Shown here: piece by piece, positions 47,280 to 60,619 of the stretch | Layout: each line of letters begins with the position of its first letter | Numbering within the stretch: position 1 is the first letter of the stretch | Assembly: GCA_010909165.1 (NCBI GenBank) | Contig: MU008163.1 | Coordinates: 310,001-374,000, forward strand | DNA: 64,000 bases | Origin: Anthoceros angustus | Taxonomy: Eukaryota > Plantae > Anthocerotophyta | Direction: 5' to 3' | Position numbers and translations under genes: made by a program | The notes under the pieces: generated by a model | What the model saw: the letters and a program-made list of their open reading frames with translations, nothing else | What the model was told of the DNA's origin: nothing | Database searches by the model: none

Positions 47280-48605
47280 CAGCATGAGCCGAACGACATC
47301 AGCGACTCCCCATCGTGCTATAAACTATGTACATATGTATGAAAGGGTCCGACAGGGCGAGCCCGCCGCAGCACATAAACAAACAAACACGACAGAAGGA
47401 CGGACACAAGCTAGCGCGGCTGCTGCCGATACGGATATGGATGCGCGCGCGAAAGCATTGCACCGCTAGGCTACACAACAGCGGAGAAACAACGTAGGAC
47501 AAGGGCAGGGCAGAGGGCGAGCTCACCTCGGGGGCAAGAACCACCTGAACTTGAGCGGCTGAAGACTGCACAAAGCCGAGGGGACCTTGCTGTGGAGGCG
47601 TGGTGGATTAACTCAAGCCGGATCTCGAGCCGGGTCTCAAGCTGAAAATCTCAGCAGCAGCAGCTTTACGCAAGCGGCTCGGCAACGTGTAACCCCAACA
47701 GCCAAGCAATGCGCTCGACAAACCAGTGCCGGCGGCGGAGAGCCAACAGTGCTAGCAGGTAAGCTTGCAGCTTGAGGTTCCCACAGCACGAGCTCAAGGA
47801 GGAAGCTGGCAAATTCCGCTTGCAAACAATTAACAGCGATGCAAGGCAGACTAGGGAACAGAGCGGGGGTCATGACCGGGGAAGAGCAACGCACGGCAAG
47901 GCAAATCGAAGCACAGCACTAGCACCTCAAGGAGAAGGCTCAGGGTGGGGGTGCAGATTCACGACGAGGGCGGATGGGCGGGCAGGCGTACGGGCGGGTG
48001 GGCGGGCAGGCTTCCGGGCGTACGGAAGGACGGGCAGGCGAAAGAAAGAGTGCGAAGTGCATATGTGCGTATCTCGGGTGCAGCGCCCTTGGAAGTCACA
48101 CTTTTCTTCTCTTTGAAACCATTCCGGAAGCACGTTGAAAATTTATGGAGAAGAACCACATTGAAAATTTCATGTCGCTTGGTGATACACCCTAAAGCTT
48201 AACCAGGTTTTGGGGACTGCCTTCCAATGCCCAAGCTCCTGAGGGACCCCAATGGACGTCATGGCATGTTGATGAATGTATGAGTATGTTGTATTTGGCA
48301 TTATTCAAGCCCGCAAGCCACCCTTGGGGACGAAGCTGTTACCGGTCGAAATCCTGACGACCTCACAAGGTAGCGTGATCGGTATCGGGATATTCAATTG
48401 AATGCAAACTCAGCATACTGGGCTTATGTAACACAAGGATGGGTATGCCCATTTACTTCAAGCTAGTGCCTACAAGCGTACCTTCAAACCATTAAGAGTC
48501 TCTTTTGCTGCAGGATTCTTGAGGCAAAACGACCCACATGGCATGTGTCCTGTACATCTCTTGCAAAACTAAAGCTGATCATGACACAAAGCATAGGCAA
48601 CCTGG
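47280..48605. repeat. Block B copy 2
   Basis: Offset of 10881 bp from copy 1 (36403 vs 47284). Confidence 0.9.
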
Positions 48606-51600
48606 ACTAGCAACCAAGCTGGAACAAAGAAGACAGTCCACTCTAAACTGGAGCCAAGCTTGACCAGGACCACTCGTACGTGTCTAAGACAGCGAAATTT
48701 GGCTGCCTTGATGGCCTCATTTCAACAAGGGAGTTTGAGAGCGAAGCCTCGAGAAGCTTCAGACATGACCTGCAAGACTCAATCCAGGAGAATGTCAAGG
48801 AAGTCCAACACGCAGAAAGAATACGCAGGGCAAAGCGGGAAATTAACAACTGGGAGAAAATAGACGTGGCCAGAAAGAGACTACTCAGTTGCAATCCAAG
48901 CTGATCTGACCCCGGAATCCACAGGTGTAGCAGCAAATATTGATACAGCCGTTCCCTTGGGAGCAGCACCACTACTCAGGCATGCCACTGTCTTAGCTCG
49001 GATTAGACTTGTGAAGGGATGGAACACGTAACTTGTTGGTACCCAAAGCCCCTGTCGCTGGCTTGTGCCACCGTCTGGTCCCTGCGAACAAATATTCCTG
49101 CATCGATGAGCTTCGATCTCATTGTCTTAGCAGTAGAATTTCTCACATCAGGCCAGCCTTGTCCTGGGGATCAGGTGCAGGTGAGAATTCATCCACTTCA
49201 GCCATTATCATAGGGAGCACATAGTGATGTTCCAGCAGGACGTGCTTAGAAGCATCACCACCGCTGAAGAGTCTGTAGAATTCTGGAAGTACTCTTCTTT
49301 GACAAAGATTTGCATTGTTTAATTTTCTAAGACATCATGATCACAATACAAAGAAGTTCTAGTTTACAAGAATTGAATCACGTCCAGCAACGGAGCTTTC
49401 CCCAAAACCAGGGAGCCTTTCCAACACTGAAGAGACACTCCAAACAATTTTCTAAACTGCAAAGGAATTGAACCACGTCCAGCAAGGGTACTGGAACTTT
49501 CCCCAAAATCAGGAAGCCTTTCCAACACTCAACAGACTCTCCATAGCCTCCTTCCTCAAAGGATGTCAACACCCTGCTGATGTTAATTGTTGAAGGCCCG
49601 GCCCTTGACCCTCTCCCGCACAGTCGCTGCTCACTTGTTACAGATTCAGGCGAGTGCTACTTTAGTAGATAGACAGCCATCAGATAGAATTCCAAGGGCC
49701 AAGTCGGTAGAACGCCAGAGGCGTAATAGGTAGGACCGCTGGTCACGCCTTGAGTATATAAGTGAGTTTCTGTAGTGCTCAACACACTCACGCAGGTTCA
49801 TGCAGGTAGATAGATTTGCTCATTTCCCCAAGTTGAACATGGCCCTTGAGAGCTCCAACAGTCTTGGGTCTTCCTCAAACCCTCAAACCTGCATTTAACA
49901 CCACATTAATATGGTTTCAGTTCGTGACATTCTGTGCATTGCTTTGCACGTCATGGGCGAAGTACATGAAAACTCCTGAGATTTATGAATCAAGGGCAGG
50001 AACTCACCGGGAGAAGCAGCTGGACACGGAGGTTCTGGACGAGACCCCGGAGGCGCTGGGCCTGCTTAATCCCGCGTCCATCTCGGAGTGAGATTTGGAC
50101 TCGGACTCATCCGCGCGCTTCCTCCTGGCCCGTGCAAACAGGCATTCCCTGAGGTCGGGTCTCATGTTCCACCTTCCGCGCCACATCGGGAGCATTCCCG
50201 GCGACCTCTCCGTATCCTTGCTTGGGATCAGCCATACTCACAGGCACGTAGGCTCTTCTTGTGCTCTTCGCCAATCTGCCCATAAACTGGGTCTGGAAGG
50301 CGAAGGTTGCCCAGTCCACCTGCAGACGCCTGTGGAGGCGATGGCGCCTATTGCAAAAGCAACGCTAGCTTGACTCCAGTTCGCGTTTTGATAGGGATAC
50401 ACCTTGTTCCTTAAGTCTCTGAGAAATTGGCGCTCTATTGTGCGCGCCTTTCGGAGGTTGACGAGACCCTTGCCGGTCCAACCGAACTCGTCCACCACGT
50501 CCTGGCGAGTCACAATTCCGTCCCAGGCATGGGACTTCCTTGGATCAAGGCCTGTGTCACTCAGGCCCATGCTACAGAAGTAGGCCCTATCCAACACGGG
50601 CCCCTCCTGTTGCCGTCACCTCCAGCCATCGCTCCCTGCTGCGCTTGCTGCTGTCCAGGTCGCGCCATATCGATCCCCGCTTTGGTCAGGTCTTCCAACC
50701 CCAGCCGCCTGCTTTCTGGTGGCACCAGCACAGAACGGAAGCGGCAGGACACAATCCCGCCGAACCCTGAATTAACGGGCTTGCCGATGTACGGAAACCC
50801 TAGTATCTCGCACTTTTGAACTCGCACAATGGAGTCCGGCTCACCCGGAAAACGAGTCCTCCCATTATATACTTACCGACACCAGTCTATTGCGAGGTTA
50901 CGACCCGCTTCAGCCGCCACTTTCCTTACAATGTTGTACATCGATATTTTTCCTTCTACGGGTTTGGATGTCTAGTGATGGCCAGGTAGTACAGACTTTG
51001 CTCAGATTCTCATGGCAGAAGCCAATGTTGACGAGATAGATACACTGACCAGATGACATGACTGCATTGTTGACCAGGTGCCAAGCCAATTTCGGTACTG
51101 TTTCCAGGCCTGACAATCGTCCATGCATGCATGTTTTGCCTCCTCCTCCAATATTTGTGGGCTCTACAAGAGTGCTTTTGCGCCTCCCGCTTCCTGCCGA
51201 GCACTTTAGGCTAGCAGCATGGATGGGCATTAGTTGGAGCAGCATGGTGATAGCCTAGCAACATGGTCTTTTCAATATTTCAGGTACGCCTGCAGCCACA
51301 CCGGCGTAATGTACATATCTCGCACGTATTGTCGTCTAATACAAAATTAATTGCGGCAGCACTGTAACATTGTGGACCACCCACTCAGTCTGATGGAGGT
51401 CCATTGCACTCCATATCTTCCTTGGCACTCGAATTCATCATGTGAAAACAAGGAAGGGAAACCACGTGGTGGCTCCAATTCCTCCTCTGAATCCTTTGCT
51501 CCAAGTTTAAGCACACCCAATCAGTATGTCGAGCACATCTATGTACGGGAACGGATCCCATATGCCTCACATAGATCTATCTGCGGCCAACAATGAAAGC

Positions 51601-52619
51601 TGTATGCACGTATGTTCACCCACCATCAGCGTTGTCGTGGCTATCACCAGAGGCACCGCTCTCTGTCTGCTGCAAGACATGATGAGCACATGTCAAGAGA
51701 CGTGCTTCAAGTCTGAACAAGATGATTGCAGCAGGCATGTATGCATGCATCCATCAGAGAGTTCTTCCGAATTGCCGAGAGGCTCAAGATGGCGCCAACT
51801 GTGTTTTGGTAATTTGAGTGATGGGTATTTGGTTGGGCTGAAAGCCCTGACCTTGGCTACACGGTAAACTCTTTCTGTGAGCTTCAGGCCATGATGAGGC
51901 TTATCATGCTACTTTGGCATACCTACATTAATATTATTCTGGTTCACGGAGAAGCAAACGAGATGGGCCGGCTGAGATCCAAGCTCTTGCAGCATGTGTT
52001 TCCTTTCCTGACGGCATGTGTTTCCTTGGAGCTCTCTGCATTAAGATAACCACCTGTGGGAAAGATTGACATTGGGGCAAGGGTTAGCTGGTCCACAAAA
52101 GGAGACTATGGTGTCTAATGCATTATGTTGGGGTCACGTCTATCTAGCTGGGACCTTATGTTCTGGTGGGCACCGCCACAAGTGTCACGCGTAGCACAGC
52201 ATACCTCAAACCGTCACTAGTTTCTTCTTGCTGCAGGATTCTGCAGGAACGATTGATGCACCTGGCATGTCTGCTGTATTTCTCCTACAACATCCTTGTT
52301 TATATATGTATATGAAGATTACATGGATACATATGATTATTGCAATTGATATCATATACAACACCGAAAGAGATACAACACTGACAGCTTTACCCTCCAG
52401 AGAAAGCCAGGCTGAACAGAGTAATTTCTAGCTGGAACAGAGTAATTTTCGTGAGGGTCATATGTTTCAGGACCTCATGAGTATGCCCCACACTCGCAGC
52501 ACTTGAACTCTCAACAGATCAGACTCTGTAATGCTACACCTCCTCATGAACGAGCAAGAATGCGTTCTGTACTGCTGTGCATATGCAGCTAGGGATGAAC
52601 ACGCAGATGCATGTCGGCA
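48606..52619. repeat. Block A copy 3
   Basis: Near-identical to copy 2, differing mostly by small indels. Confidence 0.9.
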
Positions 52620-53403
52620 GTCTGCCTTGGCTCCTGTGGACCCTGAGCAGGGCAGCAAGGGAAAGCGTGCAGCCCCTAAGTTGGATGAGCGCCCCATGTA
52701 TTTGATAGCCATCAATCAGGCCTGTGCAAGGGCCAGCTCACACTTAGATTCTGGGCAGCAGCTGCATGATGACTTGCTTGAACAGTGCGCTTGTGGATGA
52801 TTTGGTTGTCTGTGTTTGTCTGGTGAACATGTATGCCAAGTGTGGCAGCTCGGCAGAGTGTTTGAGGGACTTTGGACAGGAAGATGCGGTGACTAATTGG
52901 ACTGTCATGATAGCAGGATATTCGTCGCGGGCATGGGTCAGGAAGCCCTCCTTCTATACAGACTAGCGCTATGCGAGATGGAGGGAGGACTGTTCTTCAT
53001 TCTGTGACGCTTGTATGCTTCTTGCAGGCATGTGCAAGTGTGGGCACCCTGGGTTTGGACATGGGAAAGGATCGATATGATCATGGGGAATTAGAGAACG
53101 AGGACATCAGGCTGATGTGCTTGTAGCCAGCAGCTTGGTGAACATGTTCGCAAAGTGGCAGCTTGGAAGCTGCTCGGAAGGTGCTTTGGTAGAGCTAGGC
53201 AAATGCCTTGGTAGCATTTCTGCGTCTCTTGCAGGCATGTGCAAGTGTATGCACCCCAGCTGTGCAGTCGGGGACGTAAGGCAGCTTCATTCGCAAATCA
53301 GAGGACTAGGACATATATGAGGCGGATGTGTTTGTAGGCAGCAGTTTGATGAAAGATGTATACAAACTGTGGCAGCTTAAGACAGTGAATCCAGCTTGGT
53401 GAA
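52620..53403 (+). pseudogene. Block C copy 3 (inverted PPR fragment)
   Basis: Same orientation and breakpoints as copy 2. Confidence 0.75.
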
Positions 53404-53548
53404 GACAGAAACTGTCCAGCTTGGGACTGAGATAGTGAAAAGTTCCGAAATAACATGCGCAAACAGCATGTCTTGCACTGAATTCAGAGCTTGCCTGGCC
53501 AGCAGGGGTTAGGTGGCCCTCGGGTCTGGTTTCCTCAACCCGGGTCCT

Positions 53549-55622
53549 TCATGCATTGTTGGGCTCATACAGCATGAGCCGATCGACATCAGCGATCTGA
53601 GCGTGGCCTGGGACAACTGACTCCTCAATGTCATAACTTACCTCTCCCGTCGTCTTCTGTGTAACCCGCACAGTACTGCTGTTGCCGAACAGAACTTTGT
53701 ACATGTTCCCGAGGATCTCCTGATAAGCACCTGCAAGGAAGATGCCCATGTAGTAGGGCTTGCTGCAAGGGTGCACCTCCATGTATTCCTTTATGGTTGC
53801 CATACATCCTTCCCGATGAACTTGCACACCTTGCCAGCGCTGTCACAAGTGAAGTCGCAAAGGATGGCGCGGGTGGTGGGCTCCTCCTCCAGTCGCTGCA
53901 GGGGCGTAATCGGAACAGCTGTCCCAAAGCCCAGTAGTCTGGCAAAGATCTCACCACACTCAAATTAATGTAGTAGGTCGCTTTGTGAGTGGGGCTTCGG
54001 GGTCCGGCGTTCCCTCCTGCAATTGCAGTTTGCAGCTGCCGGAGACGTGGACGACGCTGCATTAGACTCTACTCCGCGCAGGTACCTTGTGTGCTCCTCC
54101 GCTGTCACCAGCACTTCATAGATGCTGTCCATGACTGCACGAACCTCCAGCTTCACAGCTCCGGTGTCGAAAAGGTGGGCACACTCGGCCCTTATCCTGC
54201 CAGCAGTCTTCAGAGCAATCGCAATGAGGTCGTAGTGGTCGACAACGTTTTCATGATCAGGGCAACCTGCACGAGTAGCCAAACACAGATCCAGGACGTC
54301 ACAGTACAGCTCTATGGACGCCCATTTCTTCCGCAGGCCCCTGTGAAGAATCTCCAGCTGCTCCCGGAACCCAGCAACACCTCCCTGGACAGATAGTCCC
54401 CTCCTGTCGCCCGCAAGCACATCGAACTACCGAGTGATACGACACCAGGGCCCGCCCAGTCTCACAGCACAGAGTGGGCTGCTGCACATTCTTGAGCTGG
54501 CATGCACCTCGGATGGCCTCAACCACCACCTCCGCGTACTCCTCCACACTGTACCCCATGGAGAGGTCCGAGTTCTCGGAATGAGAACCGTCAAAGTCCA
54601 CACCGATCGCGAGCCCCCCTCCGATGTGGATGATGCTCATGGGGGCTCCCAACAAAGACGGCTCGCAGAAGATGTGTGCCGCCTCAAAGACTCCCTCCCT
54701 CACAACTCTGATCAGCCCCGAGATGTGCGATCCGATGTGAACATGGAGCAGCTGCAAGCAGTCCAGCGTGCCCAGATCCCTCAGCTTGCCCACCACCCTC
54801 ACAATTTCCGGGGATGTCAGTCCGAACTTGGGATCATCCCCAGACGTCTCCTCCCTATAATGACCACTGTGCTTCGTGCTGACCTTCGGCCTCAAGCCCA
54901 TGATGGGCTTCACGTCCATGTCCCGGCTGGCTGCCACCACGATGTCCAACTCCTGCTCTTGCTCCAACACGATGATGGAATTGAGCAGCATCTTCCTGGC
55001 TGTCAGGGCAAGGGCGATGTACTCTACGTCCTTGTAACCATTACAGATCAGAAAAGCTCGGGGGCTGGCCTTGCAGAGATATGCCATCGCCGAGAGAAGT
55101 TTCGGCTCCGACCCCGCTTCCAGGCCGTAGTCGAATTCCCTCCCGCAGTCCAGGATGTCCTCCATGATCTGCCGGTCGGGGTTGCACTTCATGGGGAAAA
55201 CCCCACGGAACACTCCATCGTAGCCCGGTCTGGCCATGGCCTCAACAAAGGCATGGTTCAAAGTGTGAAGCCTGTGCCTCAGAATGTCGGGGAACTGGAT
55301 GATGAGGTTGTGCCCCAACAAAGGCATGGTTCAAAGTGTGAAGCCTGTGCCTCAGAATGTCGGGGAACTGGATGATGAGGTTGTGCCCGACCCGGGAGCT
55401 AGCCCTGCCCACGATATGCTCCACGGCCTCCTGCCGGTCAATCTCCTCTCCGGGCTGCGTGTCCTGCCCGTGAGGCTGCACACACATGTGCCCCATGTCG
55501 TTGATTTTAAAGTATGGGGCACCCCATCCGTCGACATTGTACGTTCTGGAAGAATGTGCCACGCTCCAGCCATGACCATGCGTATGTCCATGCCCAGCTG
55601 AAGGCCGGCTGACTGAAGCCAT
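53549..55622 (-). pseudogene. ADC: Arginine decarboxylase (plant/SpeA-type, fold III), intronless, frameshifted as assembled
   Basis: The ATG is at 55622. Motifs are YNVDGWGAPYF, the PLP lysine in FPMKCN, GLEAGS, ICNGYKDVEYI, KFGL, LHVHIGS, IGGGL, ETGRALVSYHSV, INLSV..SLPDYWALGQLF, TCDSAG and GAYQEILGNM. A 73-bp tandem duplication (55243-55388) and several 1-bp homopolymer indels break the frame. Confidence 0.85.
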
Positions 55623-55804
55623 TTCACCTTCCTTTCTCGCTCGATCTGTCGTCTGCACACGCACGTGAAACCAAATGTATCCACCGACACAGTTCTTTTA
55701 GCTAACAGAAGGGAGCACCATCACCATATTCATGTCTCTGAGCAGGAAAAAGGAAACAACCTTTTCTCCGACAACGACAACTGTGCGCAAGAACCCTAAA
55801 CATC

Positions 55805-57115
55805 AGCATGAGTCAAACTCCCCATCATGCTATAAACTATGTACATATGTATGAAAGGGTCCGACAGGGCGAGCCCGACGCAGCACAGAAACAAACAAAC
55901 ACGACAGAAGGACGGACACAAGCTAGCGCGGCTGCTGCCGATACGGATATGGATGCGCGCGCGAAAGCATTGCACCGCTAGGCTACACAACAGCGGAGAA
56001 ACTACGTAGGACAAGGGCAGGGCAGAGGGGGAGCTCACCTCGGGGGCAGGAACCACCTGAACTTCAGCGGCTGAAGACTGCACAAAGCCGAGGGGACCTT
56101 GCTGTGGAGGCGTGGTGGATTAACTCAAGCCGGATCTCGAGCCGGGTCTCAAGCTGAAAATCTAGCAGCAGCAGCTTTACGCAAGCGGCTCGGCAACGTG
56201 TAACCCCAACAACCAAGCAATGCGCTCGACAAACCAGTACCGGCGGCGGAGAGCCAACAGTGCTAGCAAGGTAAGCTTGCAGCTTGAGGTTCCCACAGCA
56301 CGAGCTCAAGGAGGAAGCTGGCAAATTCCGCTTGCAAACAATTAACAGCGATGCAAGGCAGACTAGGGAACAGAGCGGGGGTCATGACCGAGGAAGAGCA
56401 ACGCACGGCAAGGCAAATCGAAGCACAGCACTAGCACCTCAAGGAGAAGGCTCAGGGCGGGGGTGCAGATTCACACGACGAGGGCGGATGGGCGGGCAGG
56501 CGGGCAGGCTTTCGGGCGTACGAGCGCACGGACGGACGGGCAGGCGAAAGAACGAGTGCGAAGTGCACATGTACGTATCTCGGGTGCAGCGCCCTTGGAA
56601 GTCACACTTTTCTTCTCTTTGAAACCATTCCGGAAGCACGTTGAAACACATATGGAGAAGAACCACATTGAAAATTTCATGTCGCTTGGTGATACACCCC
56701 TAAAGCTTAACCAGGTTTTGGGGACTGCTTTCCAATGCCCAAGCTCCTGAGGGACCCCAATGGACGTCATGGCATGTTGATGAATGTATGAGTATGTTAT
56801 ATTTGGCATTATTCAAGCCCGCAAGCCACCCTTGGGGACGAAGCTATTACGGTCGAAATCCTGACGACCTCACAAGGTAGCGTGATCGGTATCGGGGTAT
56901 TCAATTGAATGCAAACTCAGCATACTGGGCTTATGTAACACAAGGATGGGTATGCCCATTTACTTCAAGCTAGTGCCTACAAGCATACCTTCAAACCATT
57001 AAGAGTCTCTTTTGCTGCAGGATTCTTGAGGCAAAACGACCCACATGGCATGTGTCCTGTACATCTCTTGCAAAACTAAAGCTGATCATGACACAAAACA
57101 TAGGCAACCTGGACT
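55805..57115. repeat. Block B copy 3 (most diverged)
   Basis: Offset of 8524 bp from copy 2 (47284 vs 55808), with several substitutions and indels. Confidence 0.88.
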
Positions 57116-57540
57116 AGCAACCAAGCTGGAACAAAGAAGACAGTCCACTCGACATAAACTGGAGCCAAGCTTGACCAGGACCACTCGTACTTGTCTAAGA
57201 CAACGAAACCTGGCTGCCTTGATGGCCTCATTTCAACAAGGGGAGCTGGAGAGCGAAGCCTCGAGAAGCTTCAGACATGATCTGCAAGACTCAATCCAGA
57301 AGAATGTCAAGGAAGTCAAACACGTAGAAAGAATACGCAGGGCAAAGCGGGAAATTGACAACTGGGAGAGGATAGACGTGGCCAGAAAGAGACTACTCAG
57401 TTGCAATCCAAGCTGATCTGCCCCCGGAATCCACAGGTGTAGCAGCAAATATTGATACAGCCGTTCCCTTGGGAGCAGCACCACTACTCGGGCATGCCAC
57501 TGTCTTAGCTCGGATTAGACTTGTGAAGGGATGGAACAGG
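57116..57540. repeat. Block A copy 4, truncated
   Basis: Matches 31386-31816 up to gggatggaacagg, then switches to retrotransposon sequence. Confidence 0.85.
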
Positions 57541-58903
57541 TATCCATTGAATCTATCCTTCTTCTTGAAGCTATCTCTATGAACCACTGTCGTAGATGTC
57601 TTAGGATCATGTTTGAATTTTTCTTTCTCTTTAGCCTTTTCGGCTTCCCAACTCTTCTTCTCATCTTCAAGCCATTTGGCCTTATGTTCCTCTAACCACT
57701 GATTTTTAACTTTTTCAAGTTGATTAATGTCGGAGTCGTCAACATCTACTCCAGCATGGTGAGTTCAAAATAGACGATTAATTCGTCCGATCGGCGCACT
57801 TGGTTTCCGATCGCCGCGGGCGGAGAAAGGACATGCGCATTCGGAGCAGATCATCTCGGCCGAGCCAGCTATATTAACTGGAATATCTGTATCATCATCA
57901 AAATCAGAATCTCCTTTGGGAATAATCCTATCTACAAGATCCCGAATATTGCTAATCTCTTGTTGCAAAAAGGCAAAATTAGAATTATTGGATCTTTGAT
58001 TTAGTCTAATATTACTGTTTATGTAATTAAAGGTTTCTTGCAAATTATTCAAGCCGGGAGATGAAGGGCCGGCAACCAAGTTAGGGATGTGTTGAAGAGC
58101 TAATTGGATTGCAAAAACTTGCAGCAAATCAAAAGAGATAAGTAGATCTCGTCTAGCAAGTCTAATCAAATTCCCTTGATCTGGTGACCTAATCAAAATA
58201 GATCCAATGAAATTAGCAACTTGTCTAGAGACTACTTCAAGCTCACAGCCATGCACTTTGTTGTATTTGTGGTCCTTTTGTCGCTTCTCTTGCCTTGCAG
58301 CCTTGATCTTTCTCTAAACTCCTTGTGTAGTGGGATTTGGAGAATCCATGGTGCAAAGGCAAGGATTTGATGCACAAATTGTGCATCTTTAAAGCGTGAT
58401 GCTGAGCTTGATCCATTTGCTACCAAAGGCGAGGTCTCCGGTGCATAGAAATTCCATTTAATGATCTAGTTGGAAGGAAAGCATAGGAGAATTGATGCCT
58501 TAGGAGGAAATAAGCAAGTAGCTCTAGCATCAAGAGTAAACCTGCTCTGATACCATGATGAAAATCATGCTAAGCTCTAAGCATAAAAATGCTTGCATTA
58601 CAATGAATATAATAGAAAGTACAAAGCCTACTTATAGGCAAGGTGGTTAGGTGGTTATAACCATAAGTTGTTATAACCACCAATTAGTTATAACTAATAT
58701 AACAACTAACCTCTTAGGACAACTAACTAAGTAACTACTTAATGCTTTAGAGATAAATTAATGCATAAGTAAATGTATCGTAGTGAATAGTGCGTGTATT
58801 TTATCACTGTAATATTGAGGTTATTCACCTAACCTAATAAACCATTGGCCTTCTATCTAGGGACCATTGTCTGCTTGAGTAATGTATGCTTGAATCTCTA
58901 ACA
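57541..58903 (-). mobile_element. Truncated LTR retrotransposon (5' LTR, PBS, leader ORF, first residues of gag)
   Basis: The PBS tggtatcagagc is at 58544-58555 (minus strand), directly after LTR ...TCATCA. The LTR spans ~58556-58903, starts TGTTAGAG and contains a TATA-like cctataag. A 163-aa leader ORF is followed by KKKDRFNG, matching the gag start of the 24.9-kb element. Confidence 0.7.
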
Positions 58904-59376
58904 CCATTCACAAGTTACTGAACTGAAGCCAGACTGACAAATAGAACTTTCATATAGCGATTGTAATTTGCAGTGTGTCTCAATGGCAATGCAAACCACT
59001 TTCTAAAAATATTAAAAAAGAATTCTATTATTACTATTTATTAAGAATTATATATTATATTATACTATACTATATTATAGGTAAGACCAACAGCGAATCA
59101 TATTCATTTACCTTAATTCGTATTATTAAAAAGAGTATGGATAGTAAGGTATCATATATATAGAGTTTAATTTATTTATTGAAAAGATTGACCATCTCTT
59201 CTTTATTTTTGATCCCTCCAATTGCAAAGGCTTTTCAGATAAGTGTTATGTAACTTGTAAAAGATCATATTTTGAAAGATATTATCTCAATTTGAAAGAT
59301 GACTTATATTTTTTTTCTTATAATTTAGTTAGGCTTTAGTTGTCTCCATGATCTTCACACACAGTCTTACTTGCCA

Positions 59377-59678
59377 AGCGACTTTTTGCAAGGTAGTGGT
59401 GGTTTGGATGGATTATCGATTATAATGTTACTAAAATAAAAAAGTAAAATTAATTGATACATGTTACACCTAGGAAGTAACATTTTTTAAATGTACGTAG
59501 AGGGTATATAGTAAGTCGAGAGAGAAGAGCGACTTTTTGCAAGGTGGTGGTGGTTTCGATGGATTATCGATTATAATGTTATTAAAATAAAAAAATAAAA
59601 TTAATTGATACATGTTACACCTAGGAAGTAACACTTTTTAAATGTATATAGAGGGTATATAGTAAGTCGAGAGAGAAG
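59377..59678. repeat. 151-bp tandem duplication in AT-rich tract
   Basis: agcgactttttgcaagg...aagtcgagagagaag at 59377 and 59528. Confidence 0.85.
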
Positions 59679-59719
59679 ATAATCATAAGCCTGGTGCACC
59701 GCTTGAAGTGATAAAGTAT

Positions 59720-60340
59720 GAGTGTGATACTTTTTTTTGTCGTTCTTGTGTACGATATTGTACTTCTTCCTAATATATTTCTTAATGCATCTGAGTTTTA
59801 CATTTGTTAATGGCATTGAGAATCCTATTTTGGCCTACAAATTATCCCTTGATAGTGCCTATACCTCTCTGTTGAACATGATCTATTTTTTGTCTAGACA
59901 TCCAACACCTTGAGATTTTCCTTCTTGTCTATTATACTATATTTCAGCTTAATATGTTCCTTAATCCATTGGAGTTTTGACAATGTGATTGAGAATCCTT
60001 TGTTGACTCCCAATTTCATATCGGTCCACATAACTTTGTGCTGATATTGGTTTTTGTCTAGCACATCTAACACCTTGAGACTTTTTTTCTTTGTTCAAGA
60101 TATTATATTTCTTCTTAAAATATTCATCAATCAGTCGAAGTTTTGACAATGGCATGAGACTTTTTTTCTTTGTTCAAGATATTATATTTCTTCTTAAAAT
60201 ATTCATCAATCAGTCGAAGTTTTGACAATGGCATTGAGAATCCTTCGTTGACCTGTAATTCCCTGTTGAAGCTTGTATTTCTTTGCTGCTTTTTTTTTGT
60301 TTGGTACATCTAACATCTTGAGATTTTATACAATATAAAA
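59720..60340. repeat. Degenerate ~170-bp array (about 4 units) with a near-exact 79-bp internal duplication
   Basis: Recurrent ttttgtct.g.acatc.aacaccttgaga...gttttgacaatggcattgagaatcc. tgagact...gacaatggca occurs at 60076 and 60155. Confidence 0.7.
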
Positions 60341-60619
60341 AATATATCTTGAGATTTTCAACCAGCTCGAGTTTCCAACTTTGATGCCATAATGAATCCA
60401 TGTAAAAGAACCCACCAGCGAGCTCCTCACAACAATAAACCAACAGCCTCGCGTACTGCTTTAGCCCTAAAGCTGCACGCCTGTTACCATGTCTCGGTGG
60501 AGGTGCAATAGGTCTGGTGCAAAAATACATAAGGTTTTTCCGTGCCAAATATACCACACTAGAGCAGTACTAGCGAAGGGGCAACTCACTTGAGGATGTT
60601 GAGGTTTCGGAACTTCTGG

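Noticed and set aside
53549-54420. Programmed frameshifting in the ADC 3' half
   Set aside because: The shifts fall in homopolymer runs and differ between copies (e.g. gcaaggggtg vs gcaagggtg), which fits sequencing error or decay better.
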